This document shows, one piece after another, positions 26,507-39,276 of a stretch of 64,000 bases of DNA; the stretch's first letter is position 1; each line of letters begins with the position of its first letter. Below the pieces are notes generated by a model. That model was not told where the DNA came from, did not search any database, and was given only the letters and a program-made list of their open reading frames with translations. The stretch is from Octopus vulgaris (Eukaryota): assembly GCA_951406725.2 (NCBI GenBank), contig OX597817.1:105400001-105464000 (forward strand), in the 5' to 3' direction. The position numbers and the translations under genes are program-made.

Positions 26507-26586
26507 GTATGTGTGTGTGTATATATATATATATATATCCTTTTTATATGTACAATATGCATTTTCGTTGATTTTTTATATTTCAC

Positions 26587-27200
<614 letters not shown>

Positions 27201-27403
27201 ATATATTTTTATATATTTGTCGCTGTTATAGCATGCACAGGAAATATATCAAGAAATCGCTATATCATTCACATGCATAACGAGTTCAAGAAGAAACGAA
27301 TTTGTGCTTAGGTTATTTCCAACTGAAGCCACTTCATCTACGTCGTCAATATACACTAACATCCGTTTCCTCTTCTTCCCTCCTCACATTGGCGGATTGA
27401 AAT

Positions 27404-27440
<37 letters not shown>

Positions 27441-27734
27441 TACCTACTTTCATGACAAAAGATTTAAATTGTTTCTGTTCGGAATTAGATTTTTATTTCA
27501 AGCTCAATAAAATAATTTTATTATGACTTCGTGCAGTACCACTTCTCAATATTTAAAGAGTCTTCAATCCTGGGAAAATATCAACTTTTTTTTAATAAAA
27601 AAAATAATAAATACTTTATAAAAAAATAAAATTTTAGATATTTTCCTCGGAAATTATTGAGAAGTGGCAGTTGTTAGTTTGAAGTAAGAAACTGGGCGAG
27701 AGTTTTTAAAACGCCTGTCCTGTCAATGGGGAAT

Positions 27735-27766
<32 letters not shown>

Positions 27767-28161
27767 TGTATGTATGTATGTATGTATGTATGTATGTATG
27801 TATTCATGTATGTATCTATGTGTATGTGTATGTATGTATGCATACATACATGCATGTATGTATGTATGTATGTATGTATGTATATATGTATGTATGTATG
27901 TGAAGATGTTACAAAGGAAATGAAAAATGCTAACGTATGGTTAATTTGTCAAGTATGTCGAAAATATCAGATAATAGACTTAAGAAGGAAGGTCACAGTA
28001 GGATTAGAATAAATTAAATTCAATGAAATTAAAGATAACCAAATTTACAGGATGTAAGGCTGGGGAATGTTTAAATGATGAACCTTGTAATAGTAAAAAT
28101 GTTAGTTCACAACATCAGTTTCGTTTTCGTAAAAGTTATACAATTTCTCTTTCTTTTTCCA

Positions 28162-28308
28162 GCTCTCGACATCCGGTGCGGCCGACGAGATTCGGCGTTG
28201 GGCTTCTCCCGGTTCATTCACCATTACTTAGGGAATCCCGGTTGGTTCCCTTTCCTCCGCTTAGCGAAATGCTTAAGTTCGACGAGTAGTCCCGTCCGAA
28301 TCGAGGGC
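28162..28308 (-). rRNA. 28S rRNA 5'-end fragment (orphan/pseudogene)
   Basis: Minus strand: ..gaacttaagcatttcgctaagcggaggaaagggaaccaaccgggattccctaagtaatggtgaatgaaccgggagaagcccaacgccgaatc, matching the conserved LSU 5' end. Confidence 0.9.
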
Positions 28309-28650
28309 AATATAAGAGAAATTGCAAAAAAAGTGCGATGTGCGGCGGCTGCTGCTCCATCGGTGTGGACGAACGCTCTCATGGCGATCCACTGAGCGAA
28401 TGCCGACCGACGGCGGCGGTCACGGCGGAAACGAAAAGGAACCAGGAGGGAGAGTACGATGCGTAAGCGGTGGGCGCGAGGAAACGGAGTACTTCTCCGG
28501 TACTCTTGTTTTTTCACCCCTCTCTTGCTTTCGTCGTCGTCGCCGTCCCTCTGCTCCGTTACATATCCGCGCCGTTCCCGCCGCGCTTCGGGCTGGTGGG
28601 CGTCGTCGCCGAAAGACGAACTCGCAGCGAGACGCAACGATGACAGTCTG
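28309..28650 (-). other. GC/CpG-rich ITS2-like spacer contiguous with the 28S fragment
   Basis: Abrupt GC-rich segment immediately 5' of the 28S start. Confidence 0.6.
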
Positions 28651-29199
28651 ACAATATTACACAATTTCATCATATTTATATTCTCTGTCAGAGCAAAGAC
28701 TTCCTTTTTTATCACTTTTTTATTGTTTGTTTCCCACAGCCTTTTCGGTTTGCTTAACTTTTATCCCACGGAGTTTTTTTTCTTTTTTCACTCCTACAAT
28801 TAAAACGCGTGATGTTATTTCCAAGCAATTAAGAAACAGGCATTTTCTCTTTGTTTTTTTTTATTTCGAAATAAAGAGAAGCAATAACAAATATAATACA
28901 AAATTTACTCATCTTAAAAACAAAACAAAACAGCTAAATCAACACAAAAGTGAATAGTAGCAGCAACAAATTCTAAAATAACGAGAAAAAATAATGAAGA
29001 ACTATAAGAAATATGACACACAATTCGAAATAATTCCGAACAGCATTATTTTACCATGATAAGAAATACACATCATCAAAACTCGGGGTTTTCCCAGAAA
29101 ACGAAGCTGATGTTGTGAAGTCAATAATCACTTAGATGTGACCATTTCGTTAGGCTTGGGCTTAGAGCATTTCTCTTCGATATTAAACACAGGTGTTAT

Positions 29200-29520
29200 T
29201 TGTTCCGTGTTAAGCCTCTGAATCGCTTACGAATCACAAGTAATGGGCAAGATGTTTAAAAGGACATGGCGATACAGTCTCCTGAAATAATGTCAGTCAT
29301 CAAAAAAGGGACAGTAACCATAATTAAGAGGTCTTCTAAAGTTTATTCTTATTCACAACGGTTTAAAAACTACCAACTAGTTGGAACTAATAATACAAAA
29401 GAATGCCTTCCATGGACTGCTGCAAAGTTCTGTCCGAAACTGTCCAGTCATGTGAAGCTTAAGGAAAGGCGTACTAGGTCCTCAAGAAAGTATTCACCTT
29501 ACTGTAGCCGAACAGTTTAA
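29200..29520 (+). pseudogene. Possible decayed PLE RT thumb fragment
   Basis: SVIKKGTVTIIKRSSKVYSYSQRF weakly resembles 'P..KKG....L..RA..ICS....F'. Confidence 0.25.
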
Positions 29521-29589
29521 ACAGGTTATTAGACTTGGGGGAAGCACTGACTGTAAACATAGTAAATGTTCGAGTATGTTACATAACAC

Positions 29590-30275
29590 CAGTGGCGTCT
29601 CGAGTATAGGCATTGTGGAATTGCAGCACCCCCTATTTCCACTCAGTATTATCAATAACGTTCAATATAATGAGTCCTTTTTCCTTTAATTCTTTCTTTA
29701 TACTTGTACATTATATAATCCTTAAGCTTAATGTCAGTAGTCATGCCCTAGTTTATGAAAAAAGTACAAAAATCCTTGTATAGAACTGTGCACTTCACAG
29801 GTGTTTGGCTGTTGTGCGCATGTTCACATGTCCGAGATAGGAAGCTGCACGCTAGGGAGAGAGAGCACTGCGTGAACGACAGTGCCGACCGGTGTTCCGG
29901 TGAAAGGTAGTGTTTCTTTTTGACTCCGCGTGTGTTGTGTTTAAAAACGTGTTTATATTCTTGAATGTGATAAAGTGTAGAATTAGATCATTATCCTGCT
30001 TCCAGCTTCAGTGCTGCCAAGATTTGAAAAATAAAGCACACCCCCTCCCCCTATTTTGTGATTTAGGGAAGATTTTTTAAAAGCAAGGGGGAACTCGCGA
30101 CAGTATTCAGTGAACAAATTAGACACACTACCTGGCAGTGGCCAAAACGCGAACCGATCAAATTTATGTATGTATTTTTTTTCATATGTTTGTTTCCTTT
30201 TACACAATATTAAAATAACGGCTAAAATTTTTCTGAAGCAGCACTCTCACTAATTTTATCTACGAGCCACCACTG
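29590..30275. mobile_element. Non-autonomous hAT DNA transposon
   Basis: TIRs CAGTGGCGTCTCG / CGAGCCACCACTG; 8-bp TSD cataacac/cgtaacac (7/8). Confidence 0.8.
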
Positions 30276-31429
30276 CGTAACACAGAAACAGGTCAATGCT
30301 TCATCTAGTCAAAGCATTTTCATACGTTTTTCCGAAACGTCCATGCTTATTTTCAGACTTAGCCTTTGTTTCATATGTTCTGAATTATATGAAGCTTTCC
30401 TTTCATAACTCCTAATTTACTTTAATGGATGAAAGAAAAAAAAAGTGGGGGGATGTGTACCATATATGAAATGTGTGGAAATATGTCGTGTGCATCACAT
30501 AAGATACACGGGACAGACAAAAAGTTAAATATCTTATTCCCAAAAATTCAGTGTCATAATATTATGATTATTAGAGACATTTTTTTTTATTATGTGAAAA
30601 GAGTAAAATATTCAAAACATTCAGAGTATGTTCCATCAAAATTTTCATTCAATTAAAACTATTCATTTCAAAAACATAATTACTTGATCAGGAAACATAA
30701 AACAATTTCAAAATTGTCATTTCTAACCCTTTTAAAAATAAGTTGTAACTAATCTTTCAGAAGAAAAAAAATTTCCCTGCTGAAATCACTTAAATAAGTC
30801 TGTTTGGTGAGAAATGTCATGTTTCACTCTAGTAACAGTTGTTCTTATGTTCGCAAATCAGAAGGCTACAGTCCTGTCACGCTTGAGTATATATGTTACA
30901 AGCGTTTCTCTTCATCTCCGTATTTCCTCAAATATTTGAAGTGTGTTTACAAACAGGGTAGATCAAAGTTTATTCATCTACTTTTATATTCCCCAACCTC
31001 CATCTTTGAAAAGCAGACGCTCCTCTTTCAATTTCATATTTCTTTCATACTATTTTCTTGTATTCTATTTTCTTTTATGTTGTAACGTTCAGATATAATA
31101 AGGAAGAAATAATAAAAGAAAACGAATCAGAAAAATTTGTGCTGCTTAATTACCTATGCCCTGAAGACGACCATAAAAATAGATGACTAAGGATAGTGTG
31201 TCATTCAGCTTGTTTTCCTTCTGCAAAAGGCAGCAGCAATACAAGAAACATAATGGAATTACTGCGTTCATAAAAGTGTCAATTTCCACTAATTGAGACT
31301 CAGCTATATCGTAATTTGGTAAGAAACCGAATTCTTTTTTTAAAATAATATGAATTAAAATTTTTACAAATTCAAATTGGATAGCTAATATACAATAAGC
31401 AAACAAACAAACAAATAAATAGGTAAAAA

Positions 31430-31805
31430 GTTTGCTTACCAACCACATGAATCCGAGTTCAGTCCCTCTGTATGGCACCTTAGGGCAAGTGTCTTCTACT
31501 ATAGTTCCAAGCACACCAAAGCCTTGTTAGTGGATTTGGTAGGCGGAAATATACGCATGTGTGTGTGTGCGTGCGCGCGCATATGTATGTATTTATGTTT
31601 TTTTCTCTCCCACCACCGCTTGACAACCGGTGTTAATACGTCTACGTCATGGCAACTTAGCAGTTCTATATGGAGACCGATAGAACAAATACCGGGCTTA
31701 AAAATAAAGGAAGTACTGGGTGGGGTGGAGGATCATTCGTTCGGCTAAAATTCTTCAGCATAGTGCCCCAGCATGGCCACAGTCCAATGATTGAAACAAG
31801 TAAGA
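31430..31805 (+). mobile_element. SINE family 1
   Basis: Head, core and tail homology. Confidence 0.8.
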
Positions 31806-32357
31806 GTTCCTTTCTACTATATATATAAAGCTTGAAAATTTGGGATAGGGAACTAGTCGATCACATTGACTGCAGTACTCAACTGGTACTGTTTTCATAA
31901 ACCCCGCAAGGATAAAAGACACTGAAACCAGTATTAAACCTTTCACATCCTATAATCCCACTTTTTGTACAAATTACACGATTGACAAACAGTTCTTTCC
32001 GTGAAATGCGTGCAAAACTCTACCAACTATTTGCTAGTAGAATGGTACCCTCTATCTCAAAGTTTTGAAGAATGGTATGTCAGTGTATGGTTTCTATTTA
32101 TATTAACTGAGCTTGGTTGATCAGAGTTAGGTTTCTTGGAATGAACACAGTATAGTGTCAGCTACAAAATACGAATTGCCGCTGCTGCTTTTCCGCTTTC
32201 TTCTCGACTGAAATGTAAATATATCTTTTTTTTTTTATGGGAAACACATTTTTCCACTAAAGGCAAAGTTTTTAAAAACAACTAAAAGCAATCATATTTC
32301 GATATATAAAATAGAGTACCATTTTCTTTCTACCATGTAAATTAGTCATAATATATA

Positions 32358-33020
<663 letters not shown>

Positions 33021-33051
33021 GAGGCAGAGAGAGTGAGAGATAGAGAGAGAG

Positions 33052-33244
33052 GAAGTTAAAAGTTATTACCGGTCATAGAGTGACCATTGGTTTCTCGCCT
33101 ATAAAGCGCTTGGCAGTATAGGCAACTCGTCATACTCAAATGGCTGAAGGTACCTTTTGAGCCTGATGAGTCGCCTATACTCCTAAGTACTTTATAGATA
33201 CGAAACCAATGGTCACTCTAAGACTGAGCATAACTTTGAACTTC
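33052..33244. ncRNA. Divergent inverted pair of type I hammerhead motifs (~90-bp arms)
   Basis: Plus: gagc-CTGATGA-gtcgcctata..tatagatac-GAAA-ccaatgg-TC-actc (33159-33218). Minus arm: gagt-ATGACGA-gttgcctata..tataggcga-GAAA-ccaatgg-TC-actc. Confidence 0.8.
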
Positions 33245-33373
33245 TTGTCTTCTTTTTCGGATATATGAACTACTGGAGCGCCATACTAATACAATTGTTT
33301 GTTTGTATTCCACCTGCCTTCCTGTTTATTTCCGTAAACCTTCGTCTTTTGTTTATTTTCATAAAGTTTCCCG

Positions 33374-33421
<48 letters not shown>

Positions 33422-33509
33422 TACACACATACTTTACTCATCTATTTGTCTATCTATCTATTTGTATGTCTATCCATTTACATACATACATACATACATG
33501 CATAAATAC

Positions 33510-33540
<31 letters not shown>

Positions 33541-34569
33541 CATACATACATACATACATACATACATACATACATACATACATACTTACATACATAACAA
33601 CTTGAACTTTGAAGCGGATGAAAGAATCCGGTATCCAGTGATGTATACAGATTCAACACGTAAGCACAATGGATTTTTGTGAAAACCGGAATGCAATTTA
33701 GTAACGTTCCTGTGCTTTGCAAACGCATTTGTTAGCATAAGATAAATTGCTTTAAACGCGAAGCAAACTAAATTATGAATTCGGTTGGCCGTGAGCTTCC
33801 ATCTACTGTACCGCACAGAGAATAAAGTCTAAAAAATCTCTTCAAACAACGATTCCAAAATTAAAAATTGAAATTAAAAGCTTGGCGCGATCTCGCTTCG
33901 ATTCTTGAAATCATGAATAAATCAGAAACAATTTTGGCAAGACATATTTGGATGAAATCCTACCAAATTTCGAAGATTAATAAATCTAACCAATTAATTT
34001 CTGTAGAGTTTTACGGACAACGACCAGTTCAATAAAGTCAATTCTTCCAAATCTATTGTTTTCTAGTATTTCTACGGCCAGACTATGTTTTATGCATGGC
34101 AATCGATTGTCGCATGTATTTGATGGCAGAATGGATAAATAAAGTTTAAGCAATAAGTCGATTGGTGTTTTTGCTAGGTTGTCCTCAATATTTTCCAATG
34201 CTGTATTTCATGTTTGTTGGCCGAGACCAGCTATTATTACTAATTATATCTAGATTACGTTTTTCGTATATTGCTCTGACCTAATTTCATTTTCGACTTT
34301 AGAAACAGTTCTTGTGTTGATCTTTCATACAACAACTACTTTGTTTGCTCTGACTATAGAATTCACTGAAAATATATATGTGTATGAATAAAAATATTTG
34401 TAATTTAAGTTAACGCTTATGAAGACTAGCATAATTTAAAGGTCACGTACTTTAGACGTCTGTCACCTTGAAGAGATTATCCTCTTCTCGTTTCTCATTT
34501 TTCTTATTTCATTTTATTTTAATTACTAGTTGTTTCCTTATATTACACTTATATCTCTTGTGAAGAAGC

Positions 34570-34608
<39 letters not shown>

Positions 34609-36029
34609 CATTATTATCATTATTATTATTAAGGCTGAAAAATAAATTTAAAAATAACAAACGAACGGAAACAATGTTGTTGTTAATAATTAGTCGAATC
34701 TAACAAATTACTAATATGTTTGTTTGTGTACAAGTCCGTTAGGGATTCTCGACTGGTAATGTTTTGGCAGATATTCCTTTTGGAAACAACGCATGCACCT
34801 AAATCCTACCCGTCACTAATTTGACAAACATATACTCACTTAAGTATCACTTCCAGAAGAAAAAAGAAAGAAAAAGAAACCTATGACTTTGATCATGTGA
34901 ACTTCAGGCTATCGTTACTCGATAGAGAACCCTGCACATATTAGAATCCAAATGTTAGCATTTAGGGAATTTGTAATTTGACAGTGACAACTGTCTCATA
35001 AAGACTGACTGCTATTTAAAGAAATCTATACGTATTTCTTCGACGGAAAATGTTATAACTTAGAAAATTATACTTTAAAAAAGAAAAAAAAAGAATGTTT
35101 ACGCCCTAATGACGTTGTATGTGTATGCACAGAGAAATAAAACTAAATTCTGCTTGTTGATTGGTGATAGACATATTTATTACATCGTTTCAGGCGTGAA
35201 AATCAATTTACTCAGTGAGAAGACGCACGTCATAAGAGTAAGAATAAAAAGAAAAATATAAAAATCCGACAAGGTTCTTATCAATAGTGTTTCTCTTATC
35301 TATTTCACTGTTTGTTTTTAACAGTTATAAAAATTAAAATCTTGAAACCTAGCTTTATAAAAAAATTTAAAGTCCAGAATTCCCCTCTCCAAAAAGTCAA
35401 ACATACATGCATTTAGTAAAAGTGAGGTGTAAAGATTAATCTTGAAACTATATTAAATATTCGTTTATTTTCCTTTTTTCTTGCCACGTTAGAATGTCGT
35501 TTTACACAAATAATAACGAATTAGGCTACTTAAAACTAAACTGCAAAAAATACAAATTATTCCTTCAAAAGATTCTATTGTTATGTTTTTCTGTGAACAC
35601 TACTTCAACTTGCAATGCCGCCTTATATGCAGACAACTTATCCTTTTTATCTCAGGCTTTAATTCTTTACGTTCTGATTAACCACCACCACCACTTCCAC
35701 CGCCACTATAACTGCCACCACCACCACCTTCGCCGCCACCAATCTCTTATAGACCAAGCAGGCACGACTGAATTAAGTCATCGCCTTTTGCAATGAATCA
35801 CAGGCATCAACGACTGAAGGGTTAGTTGTAGCAGTATCAGCAATTGGCACCGGAGATACGGCAGGTAATAGTCATCAATTACACCCATTCGTCAGACTTC
35901 ATTCAGCTTGCTGTCCCGAAACATTGCTGAGGTTTCACGGGATGAAAGCAGATATCGAACGTATTAACTTAACTGCCCCATCTGCAGAGCTGATCATAAC
36001 TAGGTCGCTTCGCCTATTGTAGGCAATGA

Positions 36030-36150
36030 ATACCACGTGATGCTATTGAAATACGCGCTGCGTCACTCACTCTTCATCTATTCATAGTGATCGCATTAGA
36101 TCGTATAGTCGCCTCGCTTTCATCGGTTTGTAGTCAGCCATTTTGCGATT
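36030..36150 (+). promoter_or_regulatory. Candidate promoter/TSS region of the downstream gene
   Basis: Locally CpG-enriched; E-box CACGTG at 36034, TGCGTCA at 36059, YY1-like GCCATTTTG at 36137; start of the TE-free block. Confidence 0.45.
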
Positions 36151-36365
36151 GTGCTTTGTTGAAAGTGTGTGTGTGTTTCCGTAGCCTCTCACTGACTGTA
36201 ACTCAACAGCGATCGGCATTAAACATCTCGCACGGCTTTCTATACGGAACTATAAGGACACCGTAACAGTTTATCTGCAGTCGGATTATATACATACATA
36301 CAAACGTATATTTTATACCTTCATTTAAGAAAGACACTGACTTATATACACATGTATGTTTTTAG

Positions 36366-36393
36366 GCCCAAATTATTCCGAAGATAAGTGCCT
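36366..36393 (+). other. Candidate 28-nt 5'UTR micro-exon
   Basis: tttttag|...cct|gtaagt, followed by a 70-nt intron ending in a polypyrimidine tract and gcag at 36463. Confidence 0.35.
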
Positions 36394-39276
36394 GTAAGTA
36401 TAAATAAATATATTTAATTACAAATACATTTATTTCTTAAAAGATTTTTTTTTCTTTTTGCAGAAGCAAAGTTTTGTGTGTGGATTATTGAAAGTTCTCC
36501 ATATGACATTATATACTGATATATACTTGTGCTTGTTTATCAATTTCTACTTTCATTAACATGCTGCTTGCTTGCTGCATTTCCGTAATTCTTGCATAAA
36601 TTGATTGCTGATCAGAAATAGGTGTTACTTGTACACTTCAGCATTGCAACTGTTAAGTTCGTGTGAGTTGCAGTTAGATATTTTCTTCCCTCAATAATCG
36701 ATCTATCTGTACATTAGAATTATAGTATTAGTGGGTTTCTCGCTTTTTCTTTATTTTTTCTTTTGTATTTTTTCTCGACATTCTTTCTCTACATATATAT
36801 ATTAATTAAATGTAAAATATTTCCCAGTTGCGAATACTTTAGAAATAATTATATAATTATTGGTTCGTGGAATTGTTTGTTGTTAGCAATTTTTGGTTGT
36901 TTGTCATGGAATAAAATATCAAAACTCATTTTGCAAAAAAGAATTGTAATTTGATAACATTAATATTTTATTTTTAATTTGCTTTATTGTCACAGATTTT
37001 ATATACAAGAATCGAAGCAACTAATAGTTTTTCCATTTTGTTGCTTAAATCAAAAATCCCACATTTAAATTTTGCTAATTCTTCGAAGGAATTAACACAT
37101 ACATTCTTAAAATATCTTTTGCAATTCAAAATATCTTCCTATTTTTTTATATAGATATGTTGTGCTGTTGATGAATCACAGAAGGATTTTTTCAATTTTT
37201 TAAAAAAAAACTATCATCAAAACACAACTTCGATTTACGTTTTGGACCCGCTGTTCATGTTTTGATTACCCCCTCCCCTACTTGCTACGTTTCAAATGTT
37301 TTCTTTATCATCTTCCGTTTTCATCTTGGTCTGGATTCTTCACATTACTGCTTCTTTATTATAGAGCTTATTATATAAAACAGATTCTTATGATAGAAAT
37401 TAACTCGAATCGTTACCAACAGTTTCTCTTTTTTTCACGGTCTAAAGAATTTATTTAAAATATTGTTCATCGTCACATCAGAACATTTTTTGTAATACAC
37501 CTGCAACGTACGGAATGTTTTCTCATTCTACAATTTACAGGATTTATTTCCTGCGAAAATCTACTTTTCAACGGGTGTAATATTGGAAATTACTTCACCC
37601 TACACCTCTATCCACTTACTCCCTCGTTCTTTCTCTCATTTGCTAATGACACAGCTGTAACTGTTTTAGTTACTACATAGCAGCAAAGCCATTGGAATAC
37701 GATATTTTGCTAATTTTCTATTTCGATATAAAAATACTTTTGAGTGTAACTTCACTCAGAATATTCTTCGTAAATTAGAATAGGAAAAATATGTTTTGTT
37801 GTTAATTTTTTTTTCTCAGTTCAGTGCTAGATTACATACACGTTGATTCTAAAGGAAGTGTATTAATCGTAACAGCGATTAGGTGTATTTGGGTATATTT
37901 TGATGATATAACATAGGCGTAATTTTTTTTTTTTTTACGTTGAAATTTTTTCCTTTCACGTTGATTCGGAAATTAACTGAATGAGGATATTCCTTGTGTT
38001 AAAACCCTGAATTATATGCAAGTTACCTTTTACTTTATTCAAGAAGTCAGTTCTTCAAGAAACTTTTTTTTTTTTTAATGCGGGCGATAAATTATTGTAC
38101 TGAATATTGTTTACAGTCTAAATTTTAATATATTTTTTTACTATAACTTTAGAAGAATTTTTCTTACTTTCATTATTTTTATACCTCATACACCATGCAT
38201 TGTATTTATTTAACAAGAAGTTGTACCTAACTTGGAAAAGCTAGGTTCTGATTGATATTTGTTGAAATACACTCCAATAAAAGAACGGGATGTTAAAGTT
38301 CAACACTGCTTGTTAATCGATGTTGTATTTGTCTCGTGAAATGTTGGGTCAACTCTAATGTTAGTAGTTCAGAAACTACCGTTGCTTACAGTTTTATAGT
38401 CGGGTTGTATGAAAATTTTATCACATGAGAAATTGTTGAAAGTTTTGTCTTTAGAATTTTAATTCGCGCCAATCCGTTTATGAAAGTATTCTAATGATTT
38501 ATTCATGAGTATTTGAAGTTTTTTTTTAGCAGTTGTATATTTTACCTATGAACTTGAATTATCGAAACAAGTTTAGTGATTATAAATATGCTGGGCTACA
38601 ACAAAAGCACTTTTTAAAAAAACATTTTGATATAAAATAGTTGTTTAACACATTCAGTTGTTTCTTTTAGAATGAAAGAAAGTTTAAAACTTTCATTTAT
38701 TTGTCATTTTCCGGTTCTAACAAATCCTTTAATCCTTTTGTTAAAATTCTTTTTTGATATGTGAGGTCTATGTTTCAATTAAATTTGAAAATAATGAAGA
38801 ATTTTGTGAAATAGCTAGTATTATTTAGCGTTTGGAATTTAAATTAACATGAAATTTTTATGGATGGCTTTAATTTAGATCATTGTTAAACAAGAAATAA
38901 GCATTAGAGAACCAAGAACAGTATCAGACGAGTTGGTGTCAAGTGCAAAATAATATTTTTGTGAAACGAGGAAGAAAAGTGTTTGCATTCACTCCTGCTG
39001 TTATAGCTTATATATGAATTTAAACACTCCTCAGAATGTTTGTCTATTCAAGAATTTAAGTAATATTTATATATATTTTTTTCTTTTGTAGATTTTACCA
39101 TGAGCCATCTAGTTATTAAGCATGCCAAACGCAACTAGCCTTGGAAACTTCTACCCATCTCCAAATCACAAAAATGATTTAACAGCTTAAACCAGCAGCT
39201 TTACAATAAAGAAATCAACAGCTCTGTGCACTTATTATCAATACCTGAAGAAAAATTAAAAACTCAATCTACTATA

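Noticed and set aside
28224-28803. Overlapping Arg/Ser-rich ORFs
   Set aside because: Artefacts of GC-rich ITS2/28S sequence.
33880-34280. 70-aa minus-strand ORF as a host exon
   Set aside because: No recognisable domain or convincing splice sites; probably decayed TE.
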